This document shows positions 18,798 to 29,651 of a stretch of 64,000 nucleotides of DNA, piece after piece. Positions within the stretch are counted from its first letter, which is position 1; the number at the start of each line of letters is the position of its first letter. The translations under genes were made by a program, and so were the position numbers. Origin of the DNA: an uncultured Nitrospiraceae bacterium (GTDB taxonomy: Bacteria > Nitrospirota > Nitrospiria > Nitrospirales > UBA2166); contig CAYXED010000006.1 of the NCBI GenBank assembly GCA_964463965.1, positions 49,920 through 113,919 on the forward strand, in the 5' to 3' direction. Below the pieces are notes generated by a model. That model saw only the letters and a list, made by a program, of their open reading frames with translations, was not told where the DNA came from and ran no database searches.

Positions 18798-20230
18798 GCC
18801 TGATCAGTTCCCCCCACTGTCATGCCGTCTACCTTTATTGTTGGCAACCCTACACCAACTGGTACGGATTGCCCATCTTTACCACATGTTCCAATGCCAT
18901 CGTCAAGGCGTAAGTCGTTTCCGACCATTGAAACTCGTGTGAGAACTTCGGGCCCGCTTCCTATCAGTGTCGCATCTTTTACGGGTTTGGTTACTTGTCC
19001 ATTCTCAATCAAGTAGGCTTCGCTTGCAGAAAAGACGAACATGCCATTAGTAATGTCAACTTGTCCTCCACCAAAGGAGACAGCATATAGGCCTTTTTTT
19101 ACGGAGCGAATAATGTCATCTGGGTTAGATTCTCCTGGAAGCATAAAGGTGTTAGTCATCCGTGGTAGAGGCATGCTCATAAAGCTTTCCCGTCGGCCAT
19201 TACCTGTTAGTGGAATGCCCATTAGGCGAGCATTCAGGCGGTCCGTGATGTAGCCACGGAGGATACCTTTTTCAATCAAAGTAGTTTTAGTTGTTGGCGT
19301 CCCTTCGTCATCTATATTGAGAGAACCACGACGCCAGGGAATTGTGCCATCATCAACAACAGTGCAGAGTGGAGATGCAACCCTTTCACCTATTCTATCA
19401 GTAAAGGCAGATGTTTTTTTCCGGTTGAAGTCAGCCTCTAGGCCGTGTCCTATGGCTTCGTGTAGCAGAATTCCTGGCCAACCTGGGCCTAAAACGACAT
19501 CCATCATTCCTGCTGGTGCAGGAACAGCATTAAGATTTACAATAGATTGGCGCGCTGCTTCCTTCGCGTAGTGTTCAAAGCGATTTTCATCAAAAAAGAA
19601 AGAAAACTCACTTCGCCCACCACCTCCAAAGGATCCCATTTTTTTTACGCCATTGTCTTCCGCAATACAGGTTACCTGAAGGCGTGAAAGTGGTTGAATA
19701 TCCCCAACCATCCACCCTTCTGCTGATGCTATCATTACTATTTTGTTTTCTGTTGCGAATGACGCCATCACATTTTTAATTCTCGAGTCATATTCACGAG
19801 CAATTGTATTTATTTTTTCCAATAGGGCAACCTTTTCTTTAGTCGCAATTTCAGTGGCTGGAATATTAACTGGATATAATGATTGAGGTGTGAGCGTGCG
19901 TTGAGAGGTTGCAATGGTAGTAGTATCACTAGGCGACCGTGCGATATATTTAGCTGTTTTTGCGGCAATTTTAAGTTGTTCTAGCGTTATCTCATCTGTA
20001 TAGGCATAGCCTGTTTTCTCACCAGCGGTTGCGCGTACACCAACACCCTGTGATACGTGACTAGATGCTTTTTTAACTATACCCTCTTCGAGTGAGACTG
20101 AATCGGCAATGCTATGTTCAAAGTACAGATCCGCATCATCAACCTCAGGTACTTTTATGAGACCAATCGCCTGATCAATTTCTCGTTCTGTGACACCAAA
20201 TTGCTGTAGTAGAGTATTATGATCTTCCAT
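18794..20230 (-). CDS. tldD: Metalloprotease TldD
   Basis: HEAIGHGLEADF zinc motif. ATG 20230 (MEDHNTLLQQ) gives a length close to known TldD proteins (about 480 aa, from memory); an in-frame GTG at 20272 is possible. Confidence 0.9.
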   Translation of the reverse strand: MEDHNTLLQQFGVTEREIDQAIGLIKVPEVDDADLYFEHSIADSVSLEEGIVKKASSHVSQGVGVRATAGEKTGYAYTDEITLEQLKIAAKTAKYIARSPSDTTTIATSQRTLTPQSLYPVNIPATEIATKEKVALLEKINTIAREYDSRIKNVMASFATENKIVMIASAEGWMVGDIQPLSRLQVTCIAEDNGVKKMGSFGGGGRSEFSFFFDENRFEHYAKEAARQSIVNLNAVPAPAGMMDVVLGPGWPGILLHEAIGHGLEADFNRKKTSAFTDRIGERVASPLCTVVDDGTIPWRRGSLNIDDEGTPTTKTTLIEKGILRGYITDRLNARLMGIPLTGNGRRESFMSMPLPRMTNTFMLPGESNPDDIIRSVKKGLYAVSFGGGQVDITNGMFVFSASEAYLIENGQVTKPVKDATLIGSGPEVLTRVSMVGNDLRLDDGIGTCGKDGQSVPVGVGLPTIKVDGMTVGGTDQA

Positions 20231-20473
20231 AGACCTTGTCCTTCGTGTGATTGTGAGCGTGCAGGGAAACACTTTAGCTATTAAAATTATAGTCTAAGGG
20301 AAAAGGTGCTCGCAACCGGGTGGGTATATAAATTGTACAGGAGAGTAATACAATTTCTCTTGAAAAATTAACAGTTACAGTTTGGGTTAGAATTCATGGT
20401 ATGTAGAGGTGGGTTTTCTGTATGTCAATTGTTTGGGAGTTACTGTAAACATTGGATATATTACTCGCTGGCC

Positions 20474-20502
20474 TTGACCAATTCTTGGCACGGCTTTATT
20501 CT
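20474..20502 (+). promoter_or_regulatory. Candidate sigma70-type promoter for tRNA-Pro
   Basis: TTGACC (20474-20479), a 17-nt spacer, then TATTCT (20497-20502), 13 nt before the mature tRNA 5' end. Confidence 0.35.
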
Positions 20503-20515
20503 TTAACCTCCCAGT

Positions 20516-20592
<77 letters not shown>

Positions 20593-20610
20593 TTAGCCTG
20601 AGGCTTGTTT

Positions 20611-20910
20611 GTGTTAGAAGCTGGTGAGATAGTAGCGATTCGTGTTGTAGTTGCTGGAAAGGTCCAAGGTGTAGGCTTTCGTTTTTTTGTGTCAGGTTTG
20701 GCGAGGGACCTTGGAATTACTGGATCTGTGAAAAACCTCAATGATGGTACGGTGGAGGTTAAGGCATATGCTTCAAAAGGGACGGTCGAGTTAATGGTTG
20801 AGCAATTGCGGCATGGACCACCTCGTTCGTTTGTTAGTGATGTCGATGTGGTATGGCTTCCAAAACAGACTGAGGTAGATAGGCCTGTTAACTTTACAAT
20901 TCTGAGGTAA
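20611..20910 (+). CDS. acyP: Acylphosphatase
   Basis: [14 protein letters not shown] signature near the N-terminus. GTG 20611 has GAGG 7 nt upstream; TTG 20605 is the ORF-track alternative. Confidence 0.82.
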   Translation: MLEAGEIVAIRVVVAGKVQGVGFRFFVSGLARDLGITGSVKNLNDGTVEVKAYASKGTVELMVEQLRHGPPRSFVSDVDVVWLPKQTEVDRPVNFTILR

Positions 20911-20915
20911 TTGCT

Positions 20916-21440
20916 ATGGCTGTTGATTTGAAAAAAATGATTCGTGAGGTTCCCGATTTTCCAAAACCCGGCATACTGTTTTATGACATTACTACTTTAT
21001 TAAAGGATCCAGCAGGTTTCCGGACAGTTACTGATCAACTTATTGAGACTCTTAAGCCTTATGAATTTTCCAAGGTCATTGGAATTGAGTCTCGGGGGTT
21101 TATTTTTGGGGGACCATTAGCGGATCGGTTGAATCTTGGTTTAGTGCCTATTCGGAAGCCTGGAAAGTTGCCAGCGGAGACTATTGAAAAGTCTTATTCG
21201 CTAGAATATGGCACTAATACAATCGTGATACATAAGGATGCTGTGCAATCTGGGGAGAGAGTTCTTATTGTTGATGATCTATTGGCGACTGGAGGAACAT
21301 CAGAAGCAGCTGTCCAGCTTGTTGAACAGCTGGGAGGTGTGGTTGCCTGTATTGCCTTTGTTGTAGAGCTTAGATTCCTAAATGCTCGAGCTAAATTTAA
21401 GAATTATCCTGTGGTGTCGCTTCTTCAGTATGATTCGTAG
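20916..21440 (+). CDS. apt: Adenine phosphoribosyltransferase
   Basis: 174 aa. [12 protein letters not shown] and the PRPP-binding loop [13 protein letters not shown]. Confidence 0.92.
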   Translation: MAVDLKKMIREVPDFPKPGILFYDITTLLKDPAGFRTVTDQLIETLKPYEFSKVIGIESRGFIFGGPLADRLNLGLVPIRKPGKLPAETIEKSYSLEYGTNTIVIHKDAVQSGERVLIVDDLLATGGTSEAAVQLVEQLGGVVACIAFVVELRFLNARAKFKNYPVVSLLQYDS

Positions 21441-21447
21441 CTCCCTG

Positions 21448-21464
21448 GGGCCTTGATGAGGCCC
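21448..21464. terminator. Weak GC hairpin between convergent apt and purC
   Basis: GGGCC (21448-52) pairs with GGCCC (21460-64), 7-nt loop, followed by a CTCTTTT tract. Short stem, so low confidence. Confidence 0.3.
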
Positions 21465-21470
21465 ACTCTT

Positions 21471-22382
21471 TTACCCTCCTATAAGTTGGTTCAAAATTTG
21501 GAGATACTTCTCGCTAGTCTGTTCGATGACTTCCATGGGTAGGTTTGGTGCTGGTGGTGAGTGATCCCATCCCGTCGTATCAAGGTAGTCGCGGACAAAC
21601 TGCTTATCAAAACTTGGTGGGGTTTTCCCTTGCATTACCTCAGATTTTGGCCAGAAACGCGATGAGTCTGGAGTGAGTACTTCATCAATGAGCATTAGTT
21701 CATTGGTTTTAGGGTCGATACCAAACTCAAATTTTGTGTCCGCAATTACAATTCCATGTTTAAGGGCTAGTTTTGCTGCAAGTGTATAAATTTTCAGACT
21801 TTCGTTTCTAACTTTCTCGGCAAGATCAACTCCAATGAGGCGTTCCATCTCTTCATATGGAATGTTTTCATCATGTCCTGTTGTTGCTTTTGTTGATGGG
21901 GTAAAAATTGGATCTTGAAATTGTTGGGATTCTTGAATTCCATCTTCAAGTTTTTGACCGCATACAGTGCCGTGTTTAAGGTATTCCTTCCAAGCTGATC
22001 CAGAGATATACCCTCTAACAATGCATTCGACAGGAAGAGGTGCCGTTTTTTTTACTAGCATGGTTCTTCCACGGAGTGAGTCGTGATGGGGTAGGCATTC
22101 TGCCGGGAATGATTTTACATCTGTGCTGATTAAGTGATGTGGAATCAGGTTTTCATGCTTCCATAAAGATGAAAACCAAAACTCTGTTAGTTGGGTGAGC
22201 ACATAACCTTTCCCAGGTATTCCATCAGGGATAATGACATCAAATGCAGAAATCCTATCTGTTGCAACAAGCAGCAAAGAGTCTTCCAAGTCATAGATGT
22301 CCCGAACTTTCCCTCGGCCAAGTAATTTTAAGTTCGTACAATTTGTTTCCAAGATGAGTGGGGGTATTTTGTTTGAGGTCAT
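21471..22382 (-). CDS. purC: Phosphoribosylaminoimidazole-succinocarboxamide (SAICAR) synthase
   Basis: GKVRDIY, ATDRISAFD and ADTKFEFG motifs. ATG 22382 is chosen because the longer ORF would run into the upstream tsaC coding region. Confidence 0.9.
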   Translation of the reverse strand: MTSNKIPPLILETNCTNLKLLGRGKVRDIYDLEDSLLLVATDRISAFDVIIPDGIPGKGYVLTQLTEFWFSSLWKHENLIPHHLISTDVKSFPAECLPHHDSLRGRTMLVKKTAPLPVECIVRGYISGSAWKEYLKHGTVCGQKLEDGIQESQQFQDPIFTPSTKATTGHDENIPYEEMERLIGVDLAEKVRNESLKIYTLAAKLALKHGIVIADTKFEFGIDPKTNELMLIDEVLTPDSSRFWPKSEVMQGKTPPSFDKQFVRDYLDTTGWDHSPPAPNLPMEVIEQTSEKYLQILNQLIGG

Positions 22383-22398
22383 TATCAGCGCCTTTTCT

Positions 22399-23385
22399 TT
22401 AATTGTTGATGTTTTTGCTTCCTGCTTGTGCCCTACGAATTTTATCCATAATTGCAACCCCAATGCCTTGTTCTTCTAGTGTTTCAACTAGTAAAACATC
22501 AATGTTTTGAATTTCCGCATCAAGAAAGGTTGCAAAAAGGTTTTTTCCATAATCTTCATCACTCCCTGTTATGTGACGATAAAATTTAACTAAGTGTTTG
22601 TCAATTTTTGCATGGCGACATAAAACGCCAATATTTTTTTTTGAGTTTTTCCACTGGTCTATTGTTTCTAACCATCTGTCTGGGGTAACTGGGACGATCA
22701 AAAAATTTGGCGCGTAGTGTCTGTAGTTTGTGCCAGGAGACTTGAAAGGAGTATTAGTATTTGGTGAATTAACTAATTGGACAGTGCCGATAACGCATTC
22801 AAGCATATGAGTGGTAATCGCCCCAGGTCTGAGAATGCATGGGATATCATTTGACATATCGATTACAGTTGATTCAAGGCCAATTTCGCAAGGGCCTCCA
22901 TCAATGGCCATATCAAGGTCGTTTCCAATTTCATTCAATACGTCTTCGATGCGTGTCGGGCTTGGGCGGCCAGATAGATTTGCACTGGGTGCAGCAATTG
23001 GAACTTCTGACAACTGTATGAGGCTTGATGCAATAGGGTGGGCAGGCATTCTGATAGCGATTGTTGGAAGACCTGCTGTTACTACTTGCGGTATGGAAGG
23101 GGAGCTAGTGAAAACAATTGTTAGGGGGCCAGGCCAAAAAGCCTCCATCAATTGTCTAGCTTTGTCTGAGACGCTAGTGACAAGTTTATTTGCTTCCGTA
23201 ATTGAGGCAACATGTACGATCAGTGGGTTATTACTTGGACGTCCTTTTATTTTGAAGATTCGATGAATCGCGCTCTGATCGTATATATTTGCGCCAATAC
23301 CGTAGACTGTTTCCGTGGGAAAACCGACAACACCTCCAGCTCGAAGTATGCTTGCTGCTGTCTTGATTAGTTTCTCATCACGCAT
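22399..23385 (-). CDS. tsaC: L-threonylcarbamoyladenylate synthase (Sua5/YwlC long form)
   Basis: GGVVGFPTETVYGIGA and SANLSGRPSPT motifs, plus a C-terminal Sua5 domain. 328 aa. Confidence 0.88.
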   Translation of the reverse strand: MRDEKLIKTAASILRAGGVVGFPTETVYGIGANIYDQSAIHRIFKIKGRPSNNPLIVHVASITEANKLVTSVSDKARQLMEAFWPGPLTIVFTSSPSIPQVVTAGLPTIAIRMPAHPIASSLIQLSEVPIAAPSANLSGRPSPTRIEDVLNEIGNDLDMAIDGGPCEIGLESTVIDMSNDIPCILRPGAITTHMLECVIGTVQLVNSPNTNTPFKSPGTNYRHYAPNFLIVPVTPDRWLETIDQWKNSKKNIGVLCRHAKIDKHLVKFYRHITGSDEDYGKNLFATFLDAEIQNIDVLLVETLEEQGIGVAIMDKIRRAQAGSKNINN

Positions 23386-23409
23386 ATAAAAAACTGTGAT
23401 GTGTTATTA

Positions 23410-24969
23410 CTAATTTGGGTTTGCCCATATTGGTAATTGTTGTGGTGAAATCTCGAGAAATGGAATACTCCACAGGAGTGTCACAATAGTAATTATTACA
23501 ATACCAAAACAATTAATAACAAACCCGTACAGCAACATTTTTCGAATTGGAATTCGCCCAGTTGAAAAGACGATTGCATTTGGTAGGGTGGCAACAGGAA
23601 GCATAAATGCACAGGAGGCTGCGAGTGTTGCAGGGAGCATTAGAAGAATGGGATGAATTTCAAGTCCCAGAGCGGTATTTGCCATGATTGGCATTAGAAT
23701 GGCCGTTGTTGCAGTGTTCGATGTAATTTCGGTAAGGAAAGTCATGCTGGTAACTAGTCCCATTACAAGAAGTGGTATTGATACATCTGTTGCGTGTTGC
23801 ATTTGCTGCCCGATCCATATTGAGAGGCCAGAAACATCAAATCCCTTTGCGATCGCCAGTCCTCCGCCAAATAATAGCAACATGCCCCATGGAATTCGAT
23901 TCGCGTGTTCCCAATCAAGTAGTGGTTTTAGCTCGCCGTTATGTTTTACACGAATTGCAAAGCAGAGTAGGACCATAAAAAGTACGACGGTTGCATCTGT
24001 TAAGTATTTTTCGACGGGGAGATCTTGAAACACGTCAAAGTAGTAAAATATTTGTGACCAGCCTGGAATTTGCCACTCTCCTATTGGAATAGGTTTTCGA
24101 AATATCCACAGGAGTGCAGTTGTAAGCACAATGCGACCAATCCAGCGTTCTCCTGTGCTCATAGTCCCAAGATTGGATAGCTCAGTTTTAATCACATTGG
24201 TGTTGGATGATCCTGGAGCTGTTGAAGGAAGTGGAGTTAGAATCCACATGAATACTGCCCATGTCAAAGGAACAAAAATAATTACTATTGGCACGGTAAT
24301 TATGGACCATGTGGCAAAAGTCATTGGAGGTGCCGAGGGGAACTGCTCGCTAAATTGACTAGCAAAAATTAAATTCGGTGGTGTGCCTATGAGCGTCCCC
24401 ATTCCACCGATATTTGCAGCATACGCAATCCCAAGTAATAAGCTAATTGATAAGTTTTCAGGCCATTGATTTTTTTGTGTCTCCAAGGTTTTCCATGAAT
24501 TTTGCAGTTGACTGAGAAGTGCAAGTGCAATAGGAAGCATCATTAGGGTAGTTGCCGTATTACTAATCCACATAGAAAGGAATGAAGCAGAAATCATACA
24601 ACCTAAAACAATTTGTTTTGGGTTGGTTCCAATCCAGGACATGATATATAGTGCTATGCGTTTGTGTAGGTTCCATTTCTCTATGCCTTGGGCCAAAAAA
24701 AGCCCACCCATTAAAAGAAAAATCAATTCATGAGCGTAGCTTTTAATCGCATCTTGACTAGTCATAATACCGAGAATTGGGAGTAGTATTGCTGGTACTA
24801 GAGAGGTCATTGGTATGGGTAGCGCTTCCGTGATCCACCAGATGCCTACAAGCACTGTGATGGCTAAAACACTTTGTGCTCCAGTAGGTAGCGCAGAGTC
24901 AATTGGCCAGAAAAGAATTGCAAAAAATAGTCCTCCTCCTGTCCAAAATCCTGTTCTTGCCAAGGTCAT
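23410..24969 (-). CDS. DASS/SLC13 family anion:sodium symporter (sulfate or di/tricarboxylate type)
   Basis: 519-aa polytopic protein with the two hairpin SNT motifs (WISNTATTLMMLP and EITSNTATTAILMP) characteristic of the DASS family. Confidence 0.8.
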   Translation of the reverse strand: MTLARTGFWTGGGLFFAILFWPIDSALPTGAQSVLAITVLVGIWWITEALPIPMTSLVPAILLPILGIMTSQDAIKSYAHELIFLLMGGLFLAQGIEKWNLHKRIALYIMSWIGTNPKQIVLGCMISASFLSMWISNTATTLMMLPIALALLSQLQNSWKTLETQKNQWPENLSISLLLGIAYAANIGGMGTLIGTPPNLIFASQFSEQFPSAPPMTFATWSIITVPIVIIFVPLTWAVFMWILTPLPSTAPGSSNTNVIKTELSNLGTMSTGERWIGRIVLTTALLWIFRKPIPIGEWQIPGWSQIFYYFDVFQDLPVEKYLTDATVVLFMVLLCFAIRVKHNGELKPLLDWEHANRIPWGMLLLFGGGLAIAKGFDVSGLSIWIGQQMQHATDVSIPLLVMGLVTSMTFLTEITSNTATTAILMPIMANTALGLEIHPILLMLPATLAASCAFMLPVATLPNAIVFSTGRIPIRKMLLYGFVINCFGIVIITIVTLLWSIPFLEISPQQLPIWANPN

Positions 24970-24977
24970 TGAGGAAA

Positions 24978-26129
24978 TTACCGTTTTAAGTTGATGTAAA
25001 ATGATCGAATACTTTCAACAATATAATGTTGTTGCTTCTCCGTGAGTTCAGGGTATATGGGAAGAGCAAGTGTTTCACGTGCTGCCTTTTCACTTTCTGG
25101 GAAATCTCCTTCACGATACATCAAATTTTCAAAACATTCTTGAAGGTGTAGAGGAATGGGATAGTAAACCTCTGAGGCGATCCCGTGCTCTTGAAGGTAT
25201 GCTCTGAGCTTGTCTCTTTCTTGGGCACGAATGACAAATTGGTTATAGGTATGATGATTGCTCACTCCCGTGTTAGCGTACATTGTTGCCGGCAGTATTA
25301 CGTCGGATGTTTCGAGTAGGTCAGTGTGTTTGAAAAGAGTTTCATAGCGAGATGCATTGTGCGTGCGTTGTTTTGTCCAACCATCAAGATATTTTAATTT
25401 GACATTTAAAATGGCTGCTTGGATGGTATCAAGACGGAAGTTCCCCCCCATGAGCCTATGGTAGTACTTGTGCTCTGCACCGTGGACGCGAAGGGTACGT
25501 AATTGACTAGAAAGGTTTGAGCTATTGGTCACAATCATACCCGCATCTCCCATTGCGCCAAGGTTTTTACTTGGAAAGAATGAAAAACAACCAACTGTTC
25601 CCATGCTTCCAGCTCGACGGCCATCTGCATAGGTTGCACCAAGTGCTTGAGCTCCGTCTTCAATTACAGACAGCTTGTAGCGCTTTGCAATCTCAAGAAT
25701 TGGTTGCATATTCGCACATTGGCCATACAAATGGACAGGAATAATGGCTTTTGTTCTTGGTGTGATAGCACGTTCAATTTTTTCTGGGTCAATAGTGTAT
25801 GAGATTGGGTCAATGTCAACGAATACCGGTTTTCCTCCAACGCGCACAATTACTTCAGCTGTTGCAAAGAAAGAATAGGGTGTTGTTATTATTTCGTTCT
25901 GGCTAGCCTGAATATCAAGCCCCATAAGAGCAAGGAGTAGCGCATCTGTGCCTGATGAGACACCAATTCCGTAGTCTGCTTGGCAATAAGATGAAATATG
26001 GTTTTCAAGTATGCTTACTTCTTCCCCTAAAATAAATTTCTGACTTTGAACTACATGGGAGATTGCAGCCAAAATTTCTTTTTGGATTGGTGCGTGATGA
26101 GCTTCTAAATCAAGTAGTGGAATATGCAC
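24978..26129 (-). CDS. DegT/DnrJ/EryC1/StrS family PLP-dependent sugar aminotransferase
   Basis: 383 aa. N-terminal IPLLDL...FILGEEV, the GTDALLLAL motif, and the PLP-lysine context FSFFPSKNLGA. Confidence 0.86.
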   Translation of the reverse strand: MHIPLLDLEAHHAPIQKEILAAISHVVQSQKFILGEEVSILENHISSYCQADYGIGVSSGTDALLLALMGLDIQASQNEIITTPYSFFATAEVIVRVGGKPVFVDIDPISYTIDPEKIERAITPRTKAIIPVHLYGQCANMQPILEIAKRYKLSVIEDGAQALGATYADGRRAGSMGTVGCFSFFPSKNLGAMGDAGMIVTNSSNLSSQLRTLRVHGAEHKYYHRLMGGNFRLDTIQAAILNVKLKYLDGWTKQRTHNASRYETLFKHTDLLETSDVILPATMYANTGVSNHHTYNQFVIRAQERDKLRAYLQEHGIASEVYYPIPLHLQECFENLMYREGDFPESEKAARETLALPIYPELTEKQQHYIVESIRSFYINLKR

Positions 26130-26232
26130 GATCGACCTCTGAAGTTTGCGTGGTGTATAATTGCAACTTCTTGACGCTCCCTAGAAATTTCGCAATAATG
26201 AAAATCTTAACAGTTTATCTAGCAGTGATTCC

Positions 26233-27339
26233 ATGTTTGTGATCAAAACTACTTACACCATCTTCATTTCTTTCATCGCTTTTATTTTAAGCAGTGCCCC
26301 TGCCTTTTCAGCCTATATTGATGATCCTCCTCCCGGACTCTCCCTCTATATGGATATTCCCACAGCGTATATGTTAACTGAGGGACAATTTGAAGCTACT
26401 GTTTCCTATCGTACGGTAAATGATACCGTCGATGTTTTTGGTTTTAAAGAGGATATAGCTGGTGGAAGCAATATTGGGACTCGTGGAGACTATCATGGAA
26501 CGCAGGGGGTATTCCACTTTGGTCTCTGGGAAGGACTGCAGGTTTCATATAAAGGGGAGCTTCGCAACCTTGATGCGGGGTTGTCAACTGGGGATGTAGA
26601 GTATGCGAGTCACGATGTAATGCTGAAACAAAATCTCTTTCGCGAAGAGTCTTGGTACCCTACAGTGGCATTGGGTGTGTTTTACCGAGGTAATAGAGCC
26701 GAGAATATTTCACGAACTTTTAATTCAGTTAGTGGGAGTTTTTTAGGGGTCTCTGTTCCCAGCACGCCATTAGAGGACCCAGCGACTATTACGTTTGGTG
26801 GTATAGAAGATGACTCATTTGGGGCAGCTTTGTTTACCAGTAAGTCCTTTACTCCTCAATTGAGTGTCCATACATCTCTTGAATATTCGAGAACTATTGT
26901 TGGCTCTGAACTTCACTTAGAAACTGGTGGCTTGGATGTTAATATTCTAAACGACTTTTCTCGCCTTTTGGAAACTTCTGACTATATGTCGCATAACTTT
27001 TCGTTTGGATTTGGGGCTGTTTATCAGGTTACGAAGGATATTATGTTCAGTGCAGACTATAAGCGGATACAGGTGAGTCGCTCCGGTCAATCTGAAATTG
27101 CAGAAAAAGACTTTAATTCCAATAATGTTATTTCTTGGCAAGTCAGTTACTCTCCTGTCTCGTGGTTTGCAATGTCTGCGACTGGAACCTATTTTTCTAA
27201 CCAATTTCTTGGTGTCATTCCATCGCTTTACAATTCCAGAACTGCAAGCAAGTTTGGTAAAGATTATGGCTATCTAGGGGTTGGTATAACGTTCTTCCAT
27301 GATTTTGGAGCGTCCATCTTCAAGGATGAACGCTTCTAA
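26233..27339 (+). CDS. Putative outer-membrane beta-barrel protein
   Basis: Signal peptide ending APAFSA/Y, alternating-hydrophobicity strands throughout, and a C-terminal aromatic residue (..KDERF). No specific family recognised. Confidence 0.55.
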   Translation: MFVIKTTYTIFISFIAFILSSAPAFSAYIDDPPPGLSLYMDIPTAYMLTEGQFEATVSYRTVNDTVDVFGFKEDIAGGSNIGTRGDYHGTQGVFHFGLWEGLQVSYKGELRNLDAGLSTGDVEYASHDVMLKQNLFREESWYPTVALGVFYRGNRAENISRTFNSVSGSFLGVSVPSTPLEDPATITFGGIEDDSFGAALFTSKSFTPQLSVHTSLEYSRTIVGSELHLETGGLDVNILNDFSRLLETSDYMSHNFSFGFGAVYQVTKDIMFSADYKRIQVSRSGQSEIAEKDFNSNNVISWQVSYSPVSWFAMSATGTYFSNQFLGVIPSLYNSRTASKFGKDYGYLGVGITFFHDFGASIFKDERF

Positions 27340-27379
27340 GAAGTGCTTTAAAAAAGGCAAAAGTCTGTTGTAGCAATAT

Positions 27380-27448
27380 GAGGTGTCTGGGCACGCTGGG
27401 CGCCGAGTTGTTTGACACCTCCAGAAAGCCTCTTCTATAGTGACACCT
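27380..27448 (+). promoter_or_regulatory. ribBA leader with mutually exclusive pairings (candidate translational control element)
   Basis: GAGGTGTC (27380-87) is perfectly complementary to GACACCTC (27414-21). It also matches 7/8 to TGACACCT (27441-48), which abuts the ATG at 27449. No SD is visible before the start. Confidence 0.3.
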
Positions 27449-28657
27449 ATGAGTGCTCGTTTTCCTCCAATTGAAGATGTTTTGGGCCAATTTCGGGATG
27501 GGAGAATGGTGATTCTTGTCGATGATGAGGATAGGGAAAATGAGGGAGACCTTGTTCTTGCAGCGGAAAAAACGACGCCTGATGCCATTAATTTCATGGC
27601 AAAACATGGACGTGGGTTGATTTGCCTTACTCTAACTCCAGAACGCACAGAACTACTTGATTTGCATCCTATGGCTGAGAAAAATACCGCGACATTTGGG
27701 ACTGCATTTACTGTTTCGATTGATGCTCGTGATGGAATAACAACTGGGATATCGGCACATGATCGGGCTGTGACAATTCTTAAGGCAATCCACCATGAAA
27801 CCCATCCTTCTGATCTTGCCAGGCCTGGACATGTGTTTCCGTTAAAGGCTGATAATGGGGGCGTATTGAAGCGGGCTGGTCAGACTGAAGGGTCAGTTGA
27901 TTTAGCTCGTTTAGCCGGGTTAAACCCGGCAGGCGTTATTTGTGAAATTATGAATGATGATGGGACAATGGCCCGTCTTCCCGAATTAATAACTTTTGCT
28001 GAACGACATGACTTATCAGTTGTTACGATTAGGGACTTGATCAAATATCGTATGCAGAGGGAACGATTTGTTAGGCAAATAGCTGAAGCAAGGTTGCCAA
28101 CCTTATTTGGAGAATTTCGAGCGGTGGTGTTTGAAAATGATCTTGATGGTACTTCGCACCTTGCTTTGGTGAAGGGAAAGCCAGAGTCTCGAGACTCAGT
28201 TCTTGTTCGAGTTCATTCTGGTTGTATAACGTCAGATGTTTTAACTTCTCTTCGGTGCGATTGTCGTGAACAGCTTCATGCAGCGATGAAGTCAATTGAA
28301 GAAGAGGGGGTAGGTGTACTAGTTTACCTGAATCAAGAAGGCCGAGGGATTGGTTTGCCAAATAAAATCAAAGCCTATGCGCTTCAGGATGATGGGAGTG
28401 ATACGGTAGATGCAAATCTCAAGCTTGGTCTTAAGGCGGACTTAAGAGATTATGGGGTTGGGGCTCAAATTCTTGCCCATTTTGGACTGCAAAATATACG
28501 CTTATTGACTAATAACCCTCGAAAGATTGTGGGAGTTGAGGGTTATGGCTTAAAGGTTGTTGAGCGTGTACCGATTGAGATTGCACCCCATGATACTAAT
28601 GTCCATTACCTCAGAACGAAAAAAAACAAACTCGGGCATCTGCTTCGTCGAGTATAA
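27449..28657 (+). CDS. ribBA: Bifunctional 3,4-dihydroxy-2-butanone-4-phosphate synthase / GTP cyclohydrolase II
   Basis: [11 protein letters not shown] (RibB) plus the RibA zinc motif LRCDCREQL and [12 protein letters not shown] 27449 gives the typical N-terminus; GTG 27440 is the ORF-track start. Confidence 0.92.
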   Translation: MSARFPPIEDVLGQFRDGRMVILVDDEDRENEGDLVLAAEKTTPDAINFMAKHGRGLICLTLTPERTELLDLHPMAEKNTATFGTAFTVSIDARDGITTGISAHDRAVTILKAIHHETHPSDLARPGHVFPLKADNGGVLKRAGQTEGSVDLARLAGLNPAGVICEIMNDDGTMARLPELITFAERHDLSVVTIRDLIKYRMQRERFVRQIAEARLPTLFGEFRAVVFENDLDGTSHLALVKGKPESRDSVLVRVHSGCITSDVLTSLRCDCREQLHAAMKSIEEEGVGVLVYLNQEGRGIGLPNKIKAYALQDDGSDTVDANLKLGLKADLRDYGVGAQILAHFGLQNIRLLTNNPRKIVGVEGYGLKVVERVPIEIAPHDTNVHYLRTKKNKLGHLLRRV

Positions 28658-28689
28658 TATTTGGTTTACGAGTTTCCCTTCCTTAAGCA

Positions 28690-29163
28690 ATGGGTGGCAT
28701 CATTCAAGGAGAAAGTTTTCACTTTGGGATTGTGCTGAGCACATTTAATTCGCGGGTGACTTCTCGTCTTCTGACTGGGGCTATAGATGCGCTAACACAG
28801 GAGGGAGTTCAGAGAGAGAAGATTAATGTCTTTGAAGTTCCTGGTGCTTTCGAGATTCCCGTTGTTGCACAACGTTTAGCTCAATCTGGGCAGTATCATG
28901 TGGTTATTTGTCTTGGTGCGGTAATTCGTGGTGAAACGCCGCATTTTGAATATATCAGCACTGAGGTAGCACGTGGGGTTGCACGAGTAGCACTAGAATC
29001 AAGTCTCCCGGTAATTTTTGGTGTTTTGACAACAGATACTCTTGACCAAGCAAATAGGAGGTCTGTAGTTGGTGGGCGCAACAAGGGTAGCGAAGCTGGT
29101 ATTGCTGCTATGGAAATGGCGAGATTATGGGAAAATTTTTCGAAAAAAAAACGCGATGATTGA
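28690..29163 (+). CDS. ribH: 6,7-dimethyl-8-ribityllumazine synthase
   Basis: 157 aa. [17 protein letters not shown] and VPGAFEIP motifs. Confidence 0.92.
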   Translation: MGGIIQGESFHFGIVLSTFNSRVTSRLLTGAIDALTQEGVQREKINVFEVPGAFEIPVVAQRLAQSGQYHVVICLGAVIRGETPHFEYISTEVARGVARVALESSLPVIFGVLTTDTLDQANRRSVVGGRNKGSEAGIAAMEMARLWENFSKKKRDD

Positions 29164-29231
29164 ATATACTATTTTTACAACAGCCTTTGTGTCTGGTGGC
29201 ACATTGTGGCGCTCTTTTTGGTGATGGATCT

Positions 29232-29651
29232 ATGGGCAGTCGGCGTACGTCTCGAACGCTAGCACTTCAAACTTTATACCAGTGGAATTTGCAACGCGAC
29301 GCCCTTGTTTATCCCTGGGAACATGGATATGAGGGGGAGGAAGATTCTGGAGTCATAGACTTTGCTAAGATCTTAATCAATGGGGTGATTCAGCATCATG
29401 ATGCGATTGACGATACAATTGAAAAATATGTTCAGCATTGGGCAATAGATCGTCTGGCTCTCATTGATCTGAGTATATTGAGAATTGCCATTTTTGAAAT
29501 TTTGTATCAAGAAGATATTCCACCTGTCGTCACGATTAACGAAGCAATAGAACTTGCGAAGCAGTTTGGTGATGATGAGTCAGGAAAATTTGTTAATGGG
29601 GTACTTGATAGCCTTCTAGGAGACGATAGGGTGGCAAGGGCATCTGGATGA
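29232..29651 (+). CDS. nusB: Transcription antitermination factor NusB
   Basis: [16 protein letters not shown]-terminus and the [12 protein letters not shown]...FVNGVLD C-terminus. ATG 29232 is preferred over the upstream TTG extension. Confidence 0.88.
   Translation: MGSRRTSRTLALQTLYQWNLQRDALVYPWEHGYEGEEDSGVIDFAKILINGVIQHHDAIDDTIEKYVQHWAIDRLALIDLSILRIAIFEILYQEDIPPVVTINEAIELAKQFGDDESGKFVNGVLDSLLGDDRVARASG

Noticed and set aside
22383-22463. N-terminal extensions offered by the ORF track for purC (also nusB 29160-29231, purQ 29874-29918, tldD 20231-20272)
   Set aside because: The extensions overlap the preceding gene or add non-conserved residues ahead of canonical family N-termini. Internal ATG starts fit known protein lengths and operon junctions better.
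27340-27448. FMN (RFN) riboswitch upstream of ribBA
   Set aside because: The leader is only about 100 nt, and the conserved FMN-element core segments I remember are absent. It is reported instead as an unassigned structured leader.
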